From Tubiluchus corallicola (Eukaryota; Animalia; Priapulida), in contig JAQGDQ010000001.1 in assembly GCA_030141605.1 (NCBI GenBank), forward strand, positions 3,038,001 through 3,102,000: a DNA stretch of 64,000 nt, read 5' to 3'. Positions 36,601 to 48,600 of the stretch are shown here, piece after piece. Position 1 is the stretch's first letter, and each line of letters begins with the position of its first letter. A program made the translations under genes and the position numbers. The notes under the pieces are model-generated. The model ran no database searches. It had not been told where the DNA came from and was given only the letters and a program-made list of their open reading frames with translations.

Positions 36601-39600
36601 CTTTTCTTATGGATGGCACGCAGCTAGCTAAATTTTCAGGATTATAACTGACATTTCGCGCATTTTGCGCTGTTGCCAAGCATGCCATTGAAACAAACAT
36701 GATAATTTGTCAGTTTTAACTTCATATTACAGTGACAAATGTGCTGTCGGCGAAGCTAGAAAATTCAGCACAATCATTATTCAGAGGCGCGAAATTGCTT
36801 TAATTGAAATGATTGCTTCATGCGATTTTTCAGAGAGTTTTGCGTTGCAACTCTGTCGGAAACGTTTTACGTGTCAGGTCTGACAAAGTGAAACTCAAGC
36901 GCACGTTTTACATTTGCCATTGTTATGATTTCAGTTTGATTTCGTGGTTAATGTAGTGCGACGGGTTTTCCTTTCGTGTGGATATGCTGCTCTTAGCTAA
37001 TTTAAACATGGAAGTAAACTACACTTTCTGCCATGCCACAAGAAAAAAGAGACCATTTTAAATTGATGAATTGCATGCGTTTAGTTAAGCACACCCGATG
37101 ATGTATTGATGTATCGAATCTTTTGGCATTAGCAAATTGCTGCAGAATTTAAATTTGCATAAGTCGTGGTCAGTAAAGCTTCAGAAGTTTCAAAGTGCTT
37201 CAAGAAAATTTGTTAACCGTTACTTTTTACAAAGACTTCTTCTTCTTCCCAGCTTTTCCCTATGCGGGGTCGCCGTTGTGAATGAGTCCACGCATTCCTG
37301 TTGTTGGCCATCTCTTCATTTATGTTCTTCTCTCTAAGGTCTCCATTAATACATTCAAACCATCTCAGCTTGGGTCGTCCTCTTCTTCTATTGCCCAGCA
37401 CTTCCATTTCCATGACCTCCCTATCCGCATGATCTTCACCGACTCTTCTTTTCAGGTGTCCATACCATCGTAATCTTGCCTCTTGTATCTTTTTCGAGGC
37501 TTTCACTACTTTCACTGTTTCGCTGATGTTATTATTTCTAATTTTATCTCTTCTCGTTATTGATGTCTGTTAAATCTTATGCCTACGCAAGTGCCAATAC
37601 GCAGTCACCAAATTAACTAGAAACCACTCAGAATGATCTAGTTGAGCAGCTACTTTATAAAGCTGAACTGGTCAAGCTGAATTGCACTTCTTATCTTCTG
37701 CAAACACATCCTCAGCCAACGGCTACTCAGTAAGAATTTTGTTAACGCTTTGTTTACTATCCTAAAAGGATGACGCCTGCTACTTTGACTACAAAGCCAA
37801 GCACTTTACTGATTGATCTGCTTACTTTCGTACAGGATTGCTTAAGACGTTTTGTCCTTGAATGAAATAAAGATTTAGTCAGCTCGATATGCATTAAACT
37901 TTATAAAGTAGTAGTAAAGTAGTACAGAAGACTTGATAAAAGACTAGCCTTCTGATAATTATTAGTAGACCTGGCACATTATACATTGTTTGGCCTTTTT
38001 ATTGCATTTGTAGACGCTATAAATATATTATCTATTATAAGGCGCGCAATTAGGCGTTTATCGACAATAGGAGTCGCATATGTAGACACACAGCAGGCAT
38101 AAATATTTCGACCTATTTTGGCCCGAATTGAAAAAGATTATAATAAATTTTATAATAATAATTAAGCCATTCACTGATAAAAACATTAAAGAGGAATTAG
38201 CAGAGAATGTTGATATTTTCTTGCTACTAGTGCTGCTAGCACCTTCTGTGAAGTGAGAAGTACTACTAAAATCCTTATATATGCTTGACTTATAACGATG
38301 TATAATGGATGGTCAGTGTAATATTGCCTTCATTATTTCCTTCGCATCAAGCATTCGTCCATTAATCACAAGTGTACGTAATCTCGTTCCCGCATTTGCA
38401 GGCTACTTGATGCAATTATCGCTGTGTGAAAGGGTGGACCTGAAAGTGTTTGACCTTTGCCTACGGCCCTACGTCAAAGACTAGGAGTTTTACATCATAT
38501 ACTGGGCACAGTAATACTAAGTAGATGAAGTTAGTGGTGTTTGTTTGTTTTAGTTGTGTGGCTTTCTGTAAGCGACTGTTTCCACTGCTGCTTAAGTAAG
38601 ACTAGAGTGAGTCTGTGACACAACGTGTTACGCTCTGACAGATTGGGTTGTCGGACCACAAGTCAAACTCCCACTTATTGATTATAACGTTACACATAAC
38701 GAGAGAGCCACACACGCTCTGAAATAATTAAATGTATTGGAACGAGAACAGAAGGAGGCGATTGTTTGCCTTTGCGAGTGTATCCAGTCCATTGAAGCCT
38801 GTCCTGCGCGAGTTGTCCGTCTCCTGTAACAGGTGGCTTCTCACACCGCAGAAATGCCATGCTGTGACTGAACGGAGTATACCAACACAACAGAGAAGTG
38901 GCGTTGTGAACTGCGATTATTTGTCTTCTTATGCTGTGTCAACTATGAAGTAATTTTGCTCGTCAGTGTGTAAATGGGCAGGTTTTATGCTCTGGGATAT
39001 TTTAAGGAAAGAAATTTAACATCGTTCGTACCTTCGAGTCCTAAAATACTAGTGTTTTGAATCAAAAGTGAACTATTGTTATTACTAAACCCTGCTGCTT
39101 ATTGCTGACTCTACGTTATTACTTGGGAAAGGGAAACTTCAAGTTGTTGTAACCAGTACTTCATAGCAGTATATACAGTAACAGTATTTAAACTAAAAAT
39201 GATCTATGGAATTGTACGAAGAAAACATTCAATCAAAGGCTAAAGAACGAGTTTTGCTGATGAATAAAATGAACTAGCGATTCATCTGCTGTGAAGATGT
39301 TTTCCGAGCGAGGACGAAAAATTACTGTGGTTATTTCTTTGTGTTCCAGAAATGGGGCCGGTTGAAGACTGGTCGCAATTGCCGGAAGAGGGGAATTGTG
39401 GGAAGAGGGAAGGGAAGGTCTAAAATGTCGGGGTTGGGGATATTATGATCTTGCTCATCACACCCCTGCTGGGTGCTCTCTGCTGCGTGATATTTTTCGT
39501 TCTTTTGCTTAAGATGAAGTTCACATGCTTCACCAGATCTTGGAAGGTAACGCCAAAGGTATACTGCATGTGAAACACTCGTTTAGTCATTTATTTACTT

Positions 39601-42600
39601 TTGTAATCTGTTCTCCTTAATTCGCATGCTGCTTGCAAATGCTTCCTGCACTGTCTCTAAAGTTTGTTTCTCTAGTCGTACTTGGCAGATGTATAATGAA
39701 ATAGTTACTGCGGAATTTTGTCTATTGCCATATACATTTTTTTCTATTAAGGACACTTTTGCAATCAGGCTTGTGTGAAACCTAGTTTTTGAACCTGCCT
39801 TGTGTGAAACCGTAGTTTCATAGACACTCGACTAGTTGAGTGAGCCGAGATTGTTAAATCGTGGATGTGTGTATGTGTATGTCTATTTAAAATACTAAGA
39901 GCTGATTTTTCATTTCGTGTCCTTGGAGGTAATGACGTGCAGCAGTGAATGAGAAAGGAAGAATTTTTCGTGAGGTTAAAATATAAAAATTCTGCCCAAA
40001 ATTTCATTTGTGATAAAATACAAACTGATTTTAACTGTGATTTTTTATCTGGAAGTTCATGGCCAGAGTTAGCCGCAAGAGTTTGTCTTTTTTTATACCT
40101 ATTACCGTGTATTAGACTTCGGTTTATTTTGTAAACAGTAGTCAAACATGGTTTTCTGCTTTTTAAAATTTCATTTCCTCATGATGCTTCATTGAGTCTA
40201 ATGGTGTTAAAAACAACGGTGTCTTATCTTGGTTCACTGTTTTCGCTAAAATATACTTGCTAGATCATATAAACTTCCGTACATAACGTGACGATGTGCT
40301 TTGTGCGTATTTCTTTTATAAACGTGACTTAATACGAGTAACATAAAATAGCTGGTTAATATTAGTTTTTGAAACTTTGTCATCACTACAAGCATATAAC
40401 CTGAAATATTCTCTGATCTACATTTGTTGTAACAAAAATGTCGCTACTAAACTGGTAATACCAGCTTTGGCATAAAATGATTTCTGGAAAGAGATCATCT
40501 CTGAGAAGAGAGAGAGAGGAGAAAGGCCCGCGCTTCGTGTGAACACGCCTCCCAAAATTTTTTCAAAAATTGGGAATGATCCAGTTTATTGAATGCATAA
40601 ATTACTGCACTGTTAAAAAATTAAATACGTACCGTGAACAAAGTGTATTACAGCAGAAGTCTTACTTGCAAAACAGCACTAGTCATTTTCGGTTTTTTGA
40701 GCGTATAAATTAGTTTCATTTGAGATTGCATTCTCATTGAAACCCTTTGGTTGTCACTGTTTTAATGTTATATAAAAATTCGTGTGAACCTTTCTTCTCT
40801 TTTTTATATTTTACAGCGAATTTTTATATTTTACTTTTGTATAGTACACTTTGCAACTGCAATGTGTTCATTTACTATAATGCTATGTATGTATCCTTAT
40901 GTACTTTGGAATCATACAATGTTAAACCAGAATCATAATTAAAAAATTATTCGTTTTTTATAGGCAGCTTTTGTTTAATGATAATTTAGCATGAAGAAAG
41001 GAATTCAGAAATTTAAGTAATAAGTATTGTGAGCCGAATTCTGTTTTAACAGCTTAACTATCTGTTCATTAAGATAATTTTTTGTGAAGTCGAAAAATGG
41101 GTAGTTTTTGCTGCTGCACGTTTTTCAATTTCAATTTATTTCAAATTATTTATTTCACATCAATAGTATATCATAGTAACATACATTTTACATACATATA
41201 ATGTACATCATTGCATAATTTTAGATCAAATTAACGGGTATAATGATATCAATTAGTATTTATTTATGATTATACTACAGCAGCAATTCAAGAAGCTTAT
41301 AATAGCTTGTGAGAACGGTTGAATGTGAAATAGAATATCTAGAATGAAGGCGGAATATTTATATACAAAAGTATGTAGAAAAGGAATTGTTATGGCTAAA
41401 ATGAGAAAAGAACAGAAGAAGATATGAGAATTCTAGTTATCATAATAGCGCCAATGTGCAACCACGTGTAATAATGAATTCAGTAAATGACAAAATTAAC
41501 AATGCTGAGATCGTCGATGGTGTATGAACCTGAAACTGAAATAACAAATAATGATTATATTCCAGGCGATGATATTCACTGTGTTAAGAGGAGGAAAAAA
41601 CTATTGGTACTATGAGTTGAAGATTTGATGTTTAAATATTTCTTTAAATTTTTAACAGAAGAGCTGTTAACTGAATTGTCTAAATTATTCCACATACGTG
41701 GTCCGGTAAACGTAATAAATTGTTTAGCTACATTTGTTCTGCAATACTGAATCTGAAAGTGTTATGTGCCTAGTGTTATGTATGTATTTTATTCGTATTT
41801 AGTTTCGAGGGATTATCAAAAAATGTTGGAAAAAGATAGTTCTTAGTCTTGTAGAGACGTACTACATTTGGCACTAACACCAAAATTCAAACGTGGAATG
41901 CTTGACATAATTTGTTCTAAAGCAAAAATATTTCAAAAAATTTGATATATGATCTCATGAATAATTTCATCAAAGAACCGTTTCTGTTGTGAAACATGAA
42001 GTTTATAACATAAAGATTTCTTTGTGTCTTTCGGGTTGGCACGCGCTTTATTCTGGGTTTTAAAGTCTTGTTTCGGTTGCCTTTGTTTAAGGATATTCTT
42101 GTGCTCTGCGCCACCAACGGGAAACATCTTTTTGTAATGTATACTAGCTTCACGCCAGTACCTATCAGTCAGAAAGAATCACGAAAACCATTTTTTAAAT
42201 ATAAACGCGTCTTTTAAAACAGCAAAGATTAATTTTTGCACCAGGCGAAAATTAATGTTAGCATCAGTCGCTCGGCTGCTGATCTCTAGGGGTCCTACAT
42301 TCGGCTTACAGCAGCTATTTTTATCTCTGGTTCGTATGCCAGGTTTGCCAGAAGGATTGCAGACCTCGCTAGCTTTCTTCAAGCTGCAAGCAGTAATGGC
42401 TTCCCCGTGTTCCCAAACTTCGACGTGTGTGAAAACTTGAACCGCGGTCAAAGCCTTTGGATTGTTTTCTTGAGGCGGTTAATAAGGCGTTTGTTGTTGT
42501 GACCTGTAACTGTGAAGAATGGTGGTGTAGCACAGTGGCGGCAATGTAGGTGATTTTCGAATCTCGAGCAGTTCCTCGACCATGTCTTGTCGTAGACTAT

Positions 42601-45600
42601 CAGCTTGTGGTCTTGATTCCGGTGACACGGCATTCGTTGTAGACGTCAAAATACACCGTAAAATTTCTACGGTGCTACTCTGAAATGACGGATATTCTCC
42701 GTAAAATGGGTGACTGTAAAACGTACATCAGTACATACCGGTTCTTACCCAGCTCCAAAGCAAGAGATGTAAGTTCCCAGTGGAGAGAGAAAGTGGTTAT
42801 TTGTTATAAAACATGTATAGGTTTTTTCTGGAAGTTTTCCTGAAACAGATAACGTCAGTTCTGTTCGTATTTTTAAGCACATTAATAGCATTTTTTTCTA
42901 AATGGAGTGATGAAGTTGTAATGAATTACAACGAATTGTTTTGATTTTCGTTTCGACTGAATTCATTACAGCTTCATTATTTTTACTGAAAAATGGCGTT
43001 TAGTTGACGTCTCGCACGTTTGCTGACTGAGTAAGGTTTTCTCTGAAAATTGACCGCTTTTGGCAAGAAACCCCAAAACCTTTAACAGCTGTAGATTCGT
43101 GTAATCATTTCCTGCACAGAGATAATTAGTACTGGTGTCAATATCTTTCATAATTTTTGCGTTTTTCGTGTGAACAGTTCGTAAGTTCTCTAAGTCATAT
43201 ACATGTTTAGATAGTCAGCATAAATAGAATCAATTGAATTAATACCGTTTAACAAAGGAGAAAAAAGAGAACAATGGACAGATTTCAACCATGGGTCGAT
43301 TTCCATTAAATCTCGGTCAAGCTCACAGTTTCAGCATATCTGATGCTAAGAAGAAAGCGTTTTTGTCCAAATACCTCCATGTAAATGTAAGTCTGTTAGG
43401 CGCATGCGTAGTTTACATATGTCGCGCATATGATTGTGTAACACATTAATAAACCTTGCATAGATTTCTGACAGTTAAAATTACCTAACTAATGTTTTTG
43501 TCAGCTTTCCCACCTTATACAGGATCTTCGTTTGTCCTTGTACGTCACAATTTGTGTGTTAATTAACTTAACGTTAAACTTTTAAGGCATGTTTGTAAAG
43601 TTAATATCGTGTCTACAATAGATCATAATGAAAACTGTTACTAAAAATTACATGCTGTGGCTTAATAGATGCTACATTGCATGTTCACTTATAACCTATA
43701 ATTCGACAACAAATGAGATAGTGGTTATTTATTCAAATGTTTAAAAAGAAATTAAGATTTTTGTTCCCCCAGACTTGCTTGTGAAGCTTTTAGAGATGTT
43801 AAAACTATTGGGTCTTGGCCATCGACTATTTTGATTTCATCATAATTTTTTATCATTATTATTGTGAAAATCATTTAATTATTGTAGCACTTGCGTCTCA
43901 AAGAAACCAGGCTGTCTATGATGTAGAGCAATTGTTTTTATTATTATCAGGAATTGCTAAAGTTAATTTTTGAAGGCGGCTCGAATTATGTAAAGTACAG
44001 AGAAGAATCTATTTCCAACTCTAAAGTCGTCTTAAATCCATATTTGTAAACGGTATCAAGTTGTCAACCGTTTCTGATTTTTTTTGCTAAATAGTTATAC
44101 TGCACCAGCGATTTTAGTTCAGTTTCTTATATGCGCTATGTATTGCTATACCTATATATGTTTGTATTATAGCCTCGGCTTGGGTGACCCAAAAAAACTT
44201 TCTTTAAAGTGAGTGCAAAAGTTGCGCAGCTAAGCAGTACATGTCAAATCTTATACTGTAATTGACACGGTAGTGCCATGGATATAGTTTGTCTTTTAGT
44301 CTGTTAGTCTGTTAAAGCCAAAACACTGAAAACGCCTGTCTAGAAAACAACACCAAGTTGACGTTACTGTCATTGTTACGCCGTTTTCTTAAACAAGAAG
44401 ACAATTTTACCCAGAAGAAGATTGGCCACCTTAACATCCTAATTGTAATCCAGAGGGCTATTCATTATATGAGTCTCCTAATTAGAAGACTAGAAAGAAG
44501 GAGAAAATAAGAACACTGCAGGACACACTTTGAGTGAGATTCAGAAGGGCGGCTTATGGACTAAGCAACGGAGTTTTGAGTCTATAAGGATGTGGTCTTA
44601 TTGACCACATGTTTGGGCAACTTCAGTTTCAAGTTTGCTATACGCTAAAGTGCAATCCAATTTGTCAGACTTTTTGCACTAATGTCGTTGTGCACTCGAT
44701 GTTTTGAATTATGTATGTTCAGAAAAAATGTTTGTGCAAATTTGCTGAAAATTTGGTAGACAAAGAAGCACTATTTCTTCCGCCCTTTAGCACACATGTG
44801 CAGCATTTTGATCTTCGAAGAATCACTGCAATATTGCTTGTTATAACCGTATGCTAGTTGCCATAGGCCGTTCTATTCACCTTATGCGCTGTCAATGGGA
44901 AACATTAGGGTCATTAGAGTTTTACCTCGAATGTATAATGATCACTCTCAAAAAAGGAAAATTAACTAGTAGACGCCCATTTATTTTCTAAGCGTGTCAA
45001 ATGTTGCTTAACTTCGGTACAAGGTACACACCCTGATCACTTATCTATTTTCGCCGCGTGCAACTGCTTAAAAATTATTTTCATCTTAAGCTCTTCTTCT
45101 TTCAATTACCGAACCCAGGACAATTGCTTGAGTACTTAATTAATCGTGAAAATCGTTTGCTGTAACTTCTCATATTGGGAAGTTTTTTGGAGAAGTTCAC
45201 TCATTCAGTGCCTACAAAAAGACATGATCCTTTTCGCAGGATACATGTATAAATGCGCAGAATGTGTTACGTATGATAGAATTCCGCGTTAAGTGTGTCT
45301 TTGATCTTTAAATTGATTGTGTTAGTAGTTTTTTGGTGGGAATATTGTATATATGTTTATTTTAGTGCAGGCACTACCTTTTACGAGGTTGCCTTTTGTT
45401 ATACACAGCTTTGGGAGTTTGGTATCTCTGTAGAGCGTTTATGTATGTGATGGCAGTTTTTGCCTGCTCCTTGTAAAATAAAATACGGATGTTTAGTAGT
45501 GCAGTATCCGGGTTGGATTACAACGCTTATTATTTACGAGTAGCAGATGCACCAAGAGATCGAGATGCTGTCCTAACATCCCCCCTTCACTTGGCATGCT

Positions 45601-48600
45601 ACGACCTTGTTAGCACGTTTCTCTGTTCCAGAGTTCTTTCTGTGTTCTTCATCGCCTTCTGTCGAAAAGAGTCTGTTTGTTGCCTAGATGCATTTCTCGT
45701 AGCATGATTTTACTTTTAAAGAAGTAAACATTTAAGGAATTTTGCTGTACGTGTAGCTACTAAACTTGCCAGGCTTGGGCTTCTTATGCTTAATATGTCT
45801 CAGGCTTAATATTATACTGCAAATTATGAATTGTTTGAATCAACCTGCATCAAGAATTTGAGATAGGCTAATCTTTCGAGTAGAAGACGACGTGTGCTGA
45901 TGCCAGAAGACTTGATTTCTTAATGAGGTCCAAAATGTCATCTCTTTTTGACATGGAAAATTATTTAAGAGTAAGAGAAGCTCAAGCAAGGTTGGTGATT
46001 TACCTGCATGAAATGTAAGGGATATGTGAAACGTTTATTTGCTTTACGGATGTGTTGTATAGCATATGCGAGGTTCGGTTATACGGGAAAAATTGTTCGT
46101 GCCAAAAAAAGAATGTGTTTCATAAGCTCGTTTATTTAAATCTGGAAAGCGTTACCAACAAATTTGATGTGCGCAATCTTAAATTTCAGTGTGGCTGCCC
46201 ATTGTAAAACTTAAAGTATGCGTTGTCAGCACAGTCATGAACCGCTGGCGATTTACAGCAATCATAGACTGATAACGTTTTGCTTTTTTTCTTCAAGCGA
46301 CTTGCCGTTTCATTACTTATTTTAAATTAAACCATCCCATCAGCATTGTCGATGTCATCATTATCGTCATCATCACCTCAACGTAGTCGTCGCATCATCG
46401 TCTTGATCATTATCGACATCACGATCATCGTCATCGTCATCGTCATCATCATCAATTTTCTGTTTTTGCTAACATTCACATAAAATTCAACATACATTGT
46501 TTTCATATATTTTATAATGCTCCATACATAATGGTATTTAAAAACAAATATCGTTTTATACTAAAAAGTTTTTTTGGCTTGGACAATTGTTGTAATAGTT
46601 TGGATCTAATCGATTGCATGTGTGCATACTTACTTGTTGTTAGTCTTAACTCTTTGTATTGCTTACTAATTTTGTTAGCTGTAATTGTTTTAAGTTTCTC
46701 TTTAAATGATTTATTTTTGGTAAATTGTTTATATTTAAAAAATAAAGCGTATATAAAAAACGAAACGATCAGCTCACCGATTTTGCACATTTCTAAATTA
46801 TTAAAAAAAACTAATTCTTTGGGCTGAATTCGTGGATCACACAAGTGTCACTTAATTAAGTATTATCAGTCTCAGTTAATTAACTTTATATTAAGAATTT
46901 AGCAAAAATGTGCGCAGAATTTGGGACGATGGTTTGCCTTGTTCATTTAAACTGCTGCTCTGCCTTCAGTGTCTTGATTTCTGTGCCACACCCAACAAAA
47001 TAGTCGGTGGCTTTCTGGTGGCTTAGTTCTTGCCGGCCAGGTTGCAAAATTACCTGAACAAATAAAGGAAAATGTTTCAGTTGAAACAGCCTCGCACATG
47101 ATGTGATTCTATCTCACAGATAAATTATTTGGTTTATTTTACGGGGAGAAAAAGCAGATGATCCGTTACAGTCGCTCGCGCCTTTGTTAAGCCAATACGG
47201 CAACCATGTGCTGTTCATATTGACACTAGAAAACGTGATGCTTTTTACGTGAGAAAAAATATGATTGAAGGCTCAAAGCTAATTTTTCTGTTTGAACATG
47301 AATAAATCCAGCTTCGGTGAAGCCCGTTGAAAATTACTTTAATTTTCTGAAAAAGGGGACAGTTGGTATAGATTTGGATTCACTTGATGAACTATTAATT
47401 CATAAACATAATTGGAGTTATAGTAAAAACGATATTTTTGATACGAGCATAATGGGAGCATTTAAATTGCAGCTTTCCCGCTTTTCTATGCAAATTTCGC
47501 CAACGAAGCTTGTATTAATTTCGATATATTTCGGTCAACGTGCAAAAATTCGGCATTTTTTTAATAATTTTCATAATAAATTGTAAAATTATTCTAACTG
47601 TCGATTTAATTATTTTGCCAAATTTTAAATGTAGCCGTTTTCAGAAAATCTAAATTCCTTGTGCAGAAAAATTTCAAATTTAAGGACCAGACGTTTCCTT
47701 CTTTTCGGGTTAATGCTCTTATATGAAGCCTTTTCTGAAATTGAAACGCGCTCAATGCTGCAAACATTTGGGTGCACAGACCTCTAAGTACGTGTAACTG
47801 AACTCCTAAAAGTCACTTGTGATTATATGCACAAGGTTGCAAAACATAGCAAATAGTGGCAAAACTCGTTTTGCGTTTTCTTTTCAAAGGACTGTAAGGT
47901 TTTCTGGTAACAACGCCAAGTAGGAAAGAAGCCCGTGATAACTATGTGCTTTAGCTAGTTCCTAAACAATTTTTTCATCAGGATTTCATTAAAATTGACA
48001 GATCTCGCTGCACATGTTGTTTTAATGCCCGCTTAATGTTAAATATAGTTCACAAGAACGTTATCTGGGCTGTTAAGAAATACCAAAGTTATGCCAGCGA
48101 ACACTGGCGTTTGGCGCACCAGCTGTGAAACCCCTATTTGCAGCAGCAGTATCATTCCTTGCTGTAGTGCAGATGTGCGTATTCTGGTTACATTGTTTAG
48201 GGACCAGAGTTGAGTTACATCAGTGTTTTAAGACGTGCAGTTGGTTTCACATATGTGTTCAGTTTCGATGTGGGAGAGTTGAGTTAGTCAACTGTTCACG
48301 GGGTGTATAGGCACAGTAGCATGAGCAGTAGCAGCAGAATTCACAGGCAAACTTGACTTCCTAAATTGCGTGTACGAGTCGTACATTTGTGTTGATTGTA
48401 TCTTGACCGGGTTGCTTGCCTTCCTTCCATCTACTCCATGGTATACGTGCATCGTCAACGTCGTTGCTGTGCCATCACACCACTATCACCATTGCTACGA
48501 TCGTGATCTCTGCCAACACGTTGTCTCTACGCCTACCATGTCATCGACTACTGTGCTGCGGTTGGGGAATTGAACCATGTCTTTCTGTGGATGTGGACGT

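Noticed and set aside
36503-36975. Second Kolobok-like MITE starting TTAAAGGGGAA
   Set aside because: The right end lacks a clear TTAA and TIR, so the boundaries cannot be supported.
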